Origin: a virus | Lineage: Duplodnaviria > Caudoviricetes | Virus record (IMG/VR): IMGVR_UViG_3300021090_000027 | Location: 1-53,283 of that record | Strand: one strand, 5' to 3' | Length of the DNA: 53,283 nucleotides | Shown here: positions 47,071-53,283 of the stretch, one piece after another | Position numbering within the stretch: the first letter of the stretch is position 1 | Layout of the letters: each line of letters starts with the position of its first letter | Notes under the pieces: model-generated | The model's database searches: none | Told to the model about the DNA's origin: nothing | The model's input: the letters and a program-made list of their open reading frames with translations, nothing else | Position numbers and translations under genes: made by a program

Positions 47071-47542
47071 ACTCAGCCCCTCCCAGGACGGTTGCTGTGT
47101 GAGAGCCAACCGCGTCAGATGCCCTGGGAGGGGCTGAGTACTGTATGTCCAAGCGGTGACCTCCACGCGCTAATTTCAAGCGCGCGTATTCACCGACGCT
47201 GGACGAGTGGCGTCCCCACCTAGCACCCCGGGTGCTCGGATGGATCGAACCAGGAAGCAAACTACCACAGCCCCCGATGGGACGGGGGCTGTGGTGGAGG
47301 AACCACGACCGGCAGGGTCGCTATCAACTCTGGCCCGGACCTGTAAGGAGCAAGCAGCGGGCGTGGGCACAAACTACCACAGCCCACGGGGCAATCCGTG
47401 GGCTGTGTCCTCCGTTGCTCGCTGCTAAGAAGGTGCCTGCAAACTACCACAGCCCCCAGCAGGGGTACCGGGGGCTGTGTACTCGCTCCAGTGGGGGTAG
47501 GTCACCACTAGGACCAACCGGAGCGAGGTAGAGGCAACGTTA
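47071..47542 (-). ncRNA. tandem array of putative small-RNA cassettes (conserved hairpin fused to an extended -10)
   Basis: 16-mer CAAACTACCACAGCCC (+) at 47258, 47370 and 47440, each the arm of a hairpin; fourth related hairpin at 47071-47139. Confidence 0.6.
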
Positions 47543-48760
47543 CACGACGTGCAGTCTCCGGACCTTCCTGGGGGCACCTGTGGCCGCTGGCGCGGTCATG
47601 TGCTCGGGCTTGCGCCTGAGCTCGATCATCCGTCTCCCTTCAGTGACCGTATTGAGGGCGACCCTGCTGACTTCGATACCAATGTAATCTTCTGTGACGT
47701 CTTGAGATTTATGACCTAGAAGGGCCATCGTCAATCGGATCGGACTGTCCGGGAGAACCTCGAACCCTCCTGCGGGTCCTGCCCGCATCACCAGTTCATC
47801 GTGGAAAGCGCGTGCCGCGCTGCGGCGTAGGCAGTGCATGGCGTTCTTAAAGGTGGGGAAACCCAGTTTATGAAGGGCAGTCTGGACGAATACCCCACAA
47901 TGCCCGATGGGTTTCGCGTAGTTCAGAGTCCGAACCATCACGAACTTCCCGTCCGGGCCTTGCACGACCCGCCCGTTGCCCTGACGGTAGGCGGGCATAA
48001 GCGGCCAGTCCATATCAATATGGAACACACCCTGACTCGCCAGGTTCTGCCGGTAGAATTTTGTCCACCGTTCGAGTTCCTCCTGGAACTCGATGACCTG
48101 GTTGATGTGATGCCGGATCATCGGCGCATTCCTTTGGGTGCTCTTCTCCCGGTTGATCCACAGACCGGGGATCCGCTTCCCGGTCTGGTTAACGGTCTCG
48201 TCCAAGTCAGACCATTTAGACAACCGGATCTCTCCGGTACGTTGTGCTGTGTACAGGCCGACAGCGATCAACCACCGGTGCAGCGGATCAGTCGCCGAGT
48301 CCAGTAGGTCAGGCCATTCCTCGGATGGAACCCGGAGAAGCCCGGAGCTTCCGGAGTTCACACGCTTGACCTTTAGCTCTGCGGCGGGGCTGACCTTGGT
48401 CAGCTTGAATTTCTTCCCCGTTTCAGGGTCTTCGACCCCGAACGTCCTGGTCCATGCGAAAAAAGATTTAATAACTCGAACGTCAGCGTTCAACGTGGAT
48501 GGTGACAATGGCACCATTTTCCCGTTCCGCATGATCCTGGCCTGGGATCGGTGGGTACGCCACGCGGTGACGTGGTGCAGGTCAACCGTGTTGATGTCGA
48601 TCTTGCCACCAGGCAAGCCCTTGGTGACGTCGGCACGGAACGAGTTGATCATCGACCGATCCTTGTCGAGTGTCCCGTCCTTCATGTCGTCGAAGTGCTC
48701 ACGGTGCTCTAGCCACTGGTCGATGGCGTCTGCGAGATCAACGTTCGGTTGCCTGGCCAT
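47540..48760 (-). CDS. int: tyrosine recombinase/integrase
   Basis: YTAQRTGEI (R), MHCLRRS (HxxR), LLGH, TEDY (Y); AGGGGAG RBS before ATG 48760. Confidence 0.9.
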   Translation of the reverse strand: MARQPNVDLADAIDQWLEHREHFDDMKDGTLDKDRSMINSFRADVTKGLPGGKIDINTVDLHHVTAWRTHRSQARIMRNGKMVPLSPSTLNADVRVIKSFFAWTRTFGVEDPETGKKFKLTKVSPAAELKVKRVNSGSSGLLRVPSEEWPDLLDSATDPLHRWLIAVGLYTAQRTGEIRLSKWSDLDETVNQTGKRIPGLWINREKSTQRNAPMIRHHINQVIEFQEELERWTKFYRQNLASQGVFHIDMDWPLMPAYRQGNGRVVQGPDGKFVMVRTLNYAKPIGHCGVFVQTALHKLGFPTFKNAMHCLRRSAARAFHDELVMRAGPAGGFEVLPDSPIRLTMALLGHKSQDVTEDYIGIEVSRVALNTVTEGRRMIELRRKPEHMTAPAATGAPRKVRRLHVV

Positions 48761-49000
48761 GATGATCAACTCCCCTGGTGTGGTGGTCTCCAGGTCGATC
48801 GTAACGTGACCGTTTAGCAATGACAACCCCACAGGCCAAACTGGCCTCTGACCAGTAACGTTACGACTTTCAGGTAATAAGTAAGTATCCCGTGATACTT
48901 ATGGGGCCATCCACCTGCGGTTTTGCACGGGTCGTACGTACCAGAAGTGTTCTTGGGTGAGGGTCTAGTCTCATCGTGCACACTGAGGTAACGTGGACTC

Positions 49001-49504
49001 ATGCCAAGTCCACGAAAGTCACCGGGCCGAGTGCGGGCCGAAGAGCTGCTGCTGATCAACCCTCGACCGCTTGCGGCGTTCGAGGTGCTGAAGGAGGAGG
49101 GTTTCACGACGACGTTGGGTCATGTGAGGCAGATCAAGCAGAAGATGGGGAACATTCCCACTGTCAACGGGAACCATCATGAGACCCTGCCCTGGGTCCT
49201 TGCCAGGCAGCATCAGAACCACTACCCGGCGTTGATGTTGAGGGCGCTGTCGCGCCGTCAGCAGGGTCTGCCGTTGGCGTCGGACCCGAGTAAGGCGGTG
49301 GTCATCGGTGGGAAACTGGATCGTTGGCTGGCGACCTTGGCCCGCCAGGACAAGGTCATTCACTACACCAAGGAAGATGGGTTCGTGCTTGTCCCTCGTC
49401 GGTACGCTCTGAATAAGTGGGATGAGAGGGAACCGGTTGATCCGCCTTGGATAAGATTGCCTCAACTGCCTGGTTTGGAGGAGGATTTTATCCTTTGTAA
49501 GTGA
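49001..49504 (+). CDS. immunity repressor, L5 gp71-like family, probably leaderless
   Basis: LPW.L...H..HY...MLR ... LDRWL..L...DKVIHY...DGF.LVPR....IR; TAACGT six nt before ATG. Confidence 0.75.
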   Translation: MPSPRKSPGRVRAEELLLINPRPLAAFEVLKEEGFTTTLGHVRQIKQKMGNIPTVNGNHHETLPWVLARQHQNHYPALMLRALSRRQQGLPLASDPSKAVVIGGKLDRWLATLARQDKVIHYTKEDGFVLVPRRYALNKWDEREPVDPPWIRLPQLPGLEEDFILCK

Positions 49505-49509
49505 TCAAG

Positions 49510-49544
49510 AGAGCCCCCGGTCCGAAGACCGGGGGCTCTTCTTT
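49510..49544. terminator. terminator after the repressor
   Basis: 13-bp stem, CGAA loop, T-rich tail. Confidence 0.85.
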
Positions 49545-49645
49545 GCACCGGATGATGAGTAGTAGTTATTATATATAATAGTATAGACCGGCCGAAGCCG
49601 GTCTATTTATAGTACATATCTATCAAATCAAGTGATTAAGAATTC

Positions 49646-49674
49646 AGTATACACAGTTCATCTTCCGGTGTCAA
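49646..49674 (-). promoter_or_regulatory. consensus housekeeping-sigma promoter, leftward
   Basis: TTGACA-N17-TATACT on the minus strand. Confidence 0.75.
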
Positions 49675-49781
49675 CCTATTAAAGGTCATCCGAAGGGATG
49701 ACCTTGTTTTCTGCACTACCCGTAGATAGCCCGGCGATGCCGGGCATATTATGTTCATGTAAGCACAACCGAAGGGTTGGA

Positions 49782-50012
49782 ATGAAACTTAATAACTACA
49801 TTAGACCAGCAAATGGGGCAGTTAGTATTATATATCCCCCATCAGGCATATGCCTGATGGTTGACACTCGCCTTGAATTAGATCCATTAGATTGGGATGA
49901 GTGCGTAACGCTTTGTTACGCACAGGGGTACGAGCTTCTCTCCGATGAACCCACCACGGTCAGTGGACCGTGGGAGTTCTGGGATATGCATCCCCTGCCT
50001 GAGGCAGCATGA
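49782..50012 (+). CDS. hypothetical protein
   Basis: GAAGGG RBS; ATGA coupling to the nuclease. Confidence 0.6.
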   Translation: MKLNNYIRPANGAVSIIYPPSGICLMVDTRLELDPLDWDECVTLCYAQGYELLSDEPTTVSGPWEFWDMHPLPEAA

Positions 50013-50842
50013 CAGGTCCAAGTCACCTGAGCTATTCAGGACTCAGTACGTACAAGGAATGCGGCGAAAAGTTTCGGCTGACCCGCCTCGTCAAGGTCCC
50101 GGAAGTGCCCGGTTGGGCACTCATCGGCGGTAGTGCAGTGCACACCGCCACGGAAAACCTCGACAGAGTACTCATGGGTGTTGAGGCCACAGGGCCAACA
50201 ACATTCATGGAAGCATTCGAGGAAGAGATCCGTAAAAGGATCGATTCCACTGGTACACCTGAGTCAGAGTTCAGGATCAGCGGTAAAAAGTCGGTCGCTT
50301 GGCCGAACAAGGAAGACAGAATGTGGTGGCAATACCACGGGCAGTCTTTCGTAGAAAACTATGTGCAATGGCAGCAACGGTACACCGGCACCATTTGGAT
50401 CACCCCTGAGGGTGTTCCAGCTATCGAGATTTCTGTGGATGCAAACTACGGCGGTGCCGTAGTCCCTGGATACATAGACAGGATCTTTGAAGAGGTAAAT
50501 CCACGGACCAGACGTAAAACTCTGCGCGTGATAGACCTCAAAGCAGGACGTACGACACCCACCGATCCCCTTCAGCTCGCGGTTTATGCGTGGGGCCTAC
50601 CAAACCTCTGGCCACGTCCAGTAATAGGTTCCTACTTTATGGCCCGGGACGGGATGCTCGTTGGGAACTATGACCTGACTGATAGCTTGGGAATGCTTCA
50701 GTACGAATTCGGTGGCGCTTGGAAAGCTATCCAGGCAGGGTATTTCCCTGCAAGGCAGTCATTCATGTGTAACTATTGTTCGGTCCGGGACTTCTGTTGG
50801 GCTAAAGAAGGTGACCTCTCGGAACAGGTGAAACCCTTTTGA
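50009..50842 (+). CDS. RecB/Cas4-like PD-(D/E)xK exonuclease
   Basis: HLSYS...C, GSAVH, GYIDR, IDLKAG, QL.VY, CNYC...C. Confidence 0.9.
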   Translation: MTGPSHLSYSGLSTYKECGEKFRLTRLVKVPEVPGWALIGGSAVHTATENLDRVLMGVEATGPTTFMEAFEEEIRKRIDSTGTPESEFRISGKKSVAWPNKEDRMWWQYHGQSFVENYVQWQQRYTGTIWITPEGVPAIEISVDANYGGAVVPGYIDRIFEEVNPRTRRKTLRVIDLKAGRTTPTDPLQLAVYAWGLPNLWPRPVIGSYFMARDGMLVGNYDLTDSLGMLQYEFGGAWKAIQAGYFPARQSFMCNYCSVRDFCWAKEGDLSEQVKPF

Positions 50843-51201
50843 ATGAAAAAGAATTCGATCTAGAAGCTACATGGGTTACCGCGCTTCTCGACGTGGGTGT
50901 CCTCAGAGTTGAACTGGAACGTTCAGCTGTAGCTGAGGGTTACCGTTGGTATGGTGACGGAAAAGTAGACGACCTTCAGGACAGTACAAAATATGCGACT
51001 GCTTTGCAGTCGGTGTACGCACAGTACTGTCGGCAACCTACCTCGTGGACTCGGTTGCTGTCGTACCTCGCTAACTCCACCATGTTCTCGGAGAACGAGG
51101 AAGCATTGAGAGAGAACCTGATCAAGATCGCAGCAATGACTGTGGCCTGGGTTGAAGATATTGACCGCCGTTCACGTAACGGCGCTAAGGATGGTAAATA
51201 A
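50839..51201 (+). CDS. MazG-like all-alpha protein, degenerate
   Basis: LRENLIKIAAMTVAWVEDIDRR C-terminal helix. Confidence 0.55.
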   Translation: MNEKEFDLEATWVTALLDVGVLRVELERSAVAEGYRWYGDGKVDDLQDSTKYATALQSVYAQYCRQPTSWTRLLSYLANSTMFSENEEALRENLIKIAAMTVAWVEDIDRRSRNGAKDGK

Positions 51202-51588
51202 ATGGCTGAAGACTGGTCGTTGCAAGTGAACTTCAAGATTGGGCAGGACCTGATTAACGTCCGTGCAGCGGACGGACCAGAGTTGCAGGGTCTGCTTGAT
51301 GAGTTGGGTGATGCTGCACCGAAGATCACCGATACAGCGAAGCTGTTGGGTGCCGTACAGGTCACCAGTACCGTTCTCGGGGGGCAGCAACCCACCTATG
51401 GCACACCAGGGCCTGCACCTGGTCCTAGCCCTGTGCAGGATGGTCCTCCGCCTGCTGGGGCGGAGTTCTGCCAGCACGGTCAGATGGTGTTCAAGTCTGG
51501 GATCAGTACGAAGGGCAACGCGTTCGCGTTGCATGAGTGCCCGGTCAAGGACCCGAACTGTCAAACCAAGTGGGCTAAGCGCCGGTAA
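51202..51588 (+). CDS. conserved actinophage protein with C-terminal C.HG.M zinc site
   Basis: INVRA.D..EL, Pro-rich linker, CQHGQMVFKSG.S.KG...C.....C...W. Confidence 0.7.
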   Translation: MAEDWSLQVNFKIGQDLINVRAADGPELQGLLDELGDAAPKITDTAKLLGAVQVTSTVLGGQQPTYGTPGPAPGPSPVQDGPPPAGAEFCQHGQMVFKSGISTKGNAFALHECPVKDPNCQTKWAKRR

Positions 51589-51842
51589 TGGAATACGGAG
51601 AGCTCAGGGCGGACCCTAAAGGCCCATCGGTATACGCTCTTGGTCCTGGTCAATCTCTCACGATCATTTCCACGGTGAAGTACGAGGAAGCATACGTGGC
51701 AGTGATTGAAGGGCTGGAGAGCAGGATAAGTGGCTTACAGGCCACATGCACGAGGCGGCTGGCAGAGGTCACATACAAGGACGGCCTCATTGAAGAACTA
51801 AGAGGGCAGTTGAATGCTGACGGCATCAAGAGCCTTACATAA
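51588..51842 (+). CDS. coiled-coil hypothetical protein
   Basis: TAATG coupling. Confidence 0.55.
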   Translation: MEYGELRADPKGPSVYALGPGQSLTIISTVKYEEAYVAVIEGLESRISGLQATCTRRLAEVTYKDGLIEELRGQLNADGIKSLT

Positions 51843-52611
51843 GGCTAAGGATGCTACCCCACTCCCGGTGGTGGCAGAACTTCAGGCATTGCATGAGCTT
51901 GGAGTTCTGCCCCGTCTGGGGCAGATGCTGATGATCGTTGGTCAACCAGGTGCTGGTAAATCAACGTTCGCATTGTGGTACGCATTCAAGTTGGGTTTAC
52001 CTACCTTGTATTTCTCCGCTGACATGGCAGCACATACCGCTATCACTAGGCTCGGTGCGTTGAGCACCGGGTTGACAGTGAGCGCAGTGTCTGATGCTAT
52101 TGAATACGGTGGGTTGGAATACATTCAGGAAGAATTGGATGGGTCACCCATCCAATGGTGTTTCGATTCCAGTCCGTCATTGCAGGACATCGCGGATGAA
52201 CTCGACTCCTATGTAGAATTGTGGGACGCGTACCCGAAGATAATTATTGTTGATAACGCAATGAATGTGGAGGGGGCATCCGGTGAAGACGTTGGCGGGA
52301 TTCGATTTGTTTTACAGGAACTTCACCGCCTGGCAAGGGAAACCGGTTGTGCTGTGCTCGTTCTTCATCATGCACGAGAAGAGGGTAATCCATTGGAGCC
52401 TTCAGCGCGTGAAAAGATTCAAGGTAAAGTTGCGCAACTGCCAGAGCTAATTCTGACTGTTGCTCTCGACGGAGAGCAATTTAAGATAGCACCGGTGAAG
52501 AACAGGAATGGGTATCAGGATCCGTCTGGGAAAAACTGCCGACGTTTGTTGGCGGACCCGGAAAGGGCAACGTTCGGGCATTACGTTCCCAAGATTTATG
52601 GAGGTTACTAA
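51814..52611 (+). CDS. DnaB/RecA-like helicase ATPase
   Basis: GQPGAGKS, LYFSAD, IIIVDN, VLHH, VKNRNG. Confidence 0.88.
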   Translation: MLTASRALHKAKDATPLPVVAELQALHELGVLPRLGQMLMIVGQPGAGKSTFALWYAFKLGLPTLYFSADMAAHTAITRLGALSTGLTVSAVSDAIEYGGLEYIQEELDGSPIQWCFDSSPSLQDIADELDSYVELWDAYPKIIIVDNAMNVEGASGEDVGGIRFVLQELHRLARETGCAVLVLHHAREEGNPLEPSAREKIQGKVAQLPELILTVALDGEQFKIAPVKNRNGYQDPSGKNCRRLLADPERATFGHYVPKIYGGY

Positions 52612-52802
52612 TGGTTAGCCCCATTCTCAAGTACTTTGAATACGGACACCTGCCAGAGAAGCTACGTGTTGTGTCGGCTCACGTTGGCACTGTTGCCATG
52701 ATCATGGAAGATGCTCTCCCGGATGGTCCGGAGAAATCGGCCGGTCTTCGGAAGCTACTCGAGGCTAAGGATGCGTTCGTTAGGGCGGCACTCGATGACT
52801 GA
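52611..52802 (+). CDS. conserved helical-hairpin protein (Acb2/Tad1-hairpin-like)
   Basis: ILKYFEY.HLP..L..VS...LPDGPEKSAGLRKLLEAKD.FVRA. Confidence 0.7.
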   Translation: MVSPILKYFEYGHLPEKLRVVSAHVGTVAMIMEDALPDGPEKSAGLRKLLEAKDAFVRAALDD

Positions 52803-53022
52803 TGAACCTAAGATCAAGTTCCGGGTTCACATCCCAGCACAGAATCAGTACTTCGAGTACACCAGGTTCGATTGGGAACTCGCGGTAGACACGGACGAAA
52901 TTGATTTCCTCATCGATACGGACGTGTCGGATATGGAAATTGACATGCAGTATTTCGTGGGCGATGAGGAGGTTTACCCTTATGGTGGTGCCCCGAAGAT
53001 CACGGATCAACCGGGGCCGTGA
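52795..53022 (+). CDS. acidic hypothetical protein
   Basis: Overlapping operonic ORF. Confidence 0.55.
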   Translation: MTDEPKIKFRVHIPAQNQYFEYTRFDWELAVDTDEIDFLIDTDVSDMEIDMQYFVGDEEVYPYGGAPKITDQPGP

Positions 53023-53283
53023 AACAGAATTCATCCTGGCCGAGTACTTGCAAGCGTACTGGCCTGAAGCTCACGCGACAGGTAAGAGCGCACCTGGTGA
53101 TGACATTGTGGGTACTGGAGTGTTGGCTATCGAAGCGAAAGCTACAGCTCACAATCCTATTCTTCCTGCTTTACGTCAAGCTCATGGGCGTGCTCGTGAT
53201 GGTCAAATTCCGGTGGTGATCTGGCGACCTAATGGGTTCGGTCCAGCGAACGTCGCTGACTGGGTTGTTGCAACAAGAGTAAG
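52982..53283 (+). CDS. Holliday junction resolvase (PD-(D/E)xK), continues across the join to position 207
   Basis: RGRETE..LAEYL ... G.DI.G...LAIEAK; GAGGAGG RBS; missed by the ORF track because it has no stop in the window. Confidence 0.8.
   Translation, partial: MVVPRRSRINRGRETEFILAEYLQAYWPEAHATGKSAPGDDIVGTGVLAIEAKATAHNPILPALRQAHGRARDGQIPVVIWRPNGFGPANVADWVVATRV
53132..53283. repeat. Terminal direct repeat (copy 2)
   Basis: Matches 1-152 with one mismatch. Confidence 0.95.

Noticed and set aside
47241-47252. TGGTTCGATCCA as a tRNA T-arm or attP core
   Set aside because: Only a 3-bp stem, with no acceptor stem or cloverleaf around it.
47258-47479. CRISPR mini-array interpretation of the three repeats
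   Set aside because: The repeat interior varies, spacers are very unequal (about 30-115 nt), and there are no cas genes; the Cas4-like nuclease is an ordinary phage exonuclease.
47039-47531. ORFs listed across the hairpin array
   Set aside because: No convincing RBS or protein motif; the repeats fall in different frames; structure explains the sequence better.
53019-53219. 66-aa ORF in the track
   Set aside because: Out-of-frame shadow of the resolvase starting at 52982.

Overview
The window is a complete, circularly permuted ~53.1 kb actinobacteriophage genome. Bases 1-152 recur at 53132-53283 with one synonymous mismatch, and a Holliday-junction resolvase ORF reads through the join. It looks like a temperate podovirus. 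(i) Rightward late arm (16.6-46 kb): terminase with a fused N-terminal HTH, portal, large internal-virion proteins, NlpC/P60, tRNA-Met and tRNA-Thr, scaffold, N4-gp56-like capsid, tail appendages including a GH26 domain, an M15 endolysin and tail-tubular proteins. There is no tape measure. (ii) Lysogeny module: a tyrosine recombinase and a divergent L5-gp71-type repressor. (iii) Rightward replication module resembling mycobacteriophage cluster A: PD-(D/E)xK nuclease, helicase, resolvase, split primase, metallophosphoesterase and a sigma-like protein. I recognised no DNA polymerase. (iv) Leftward early arm of small genes (two Lsr2, WhiB-like, DUF4258). The most unusual element is a non-coding array at 47.0-47.5 kb, directly downstream of the recombinase. 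There a conserved hairpin stem is fused to an extended -10 promoter motif and repeated around unique spacers, which suggests a tandem cassette array of small-RNA genes. Other notable items are a ~370-nt structured early leader, ten back-to-back inverted repeats before the late operon, a cluster of host-regulator-like boxes (CRP, LexA, KstR) in the inter-arm region, several leaderless genes, an atypical initiator-type tRNA, and several candidate anti-defence nucleotide-binding proteins. All product calls come from motif recognition by eye; no searches were run.
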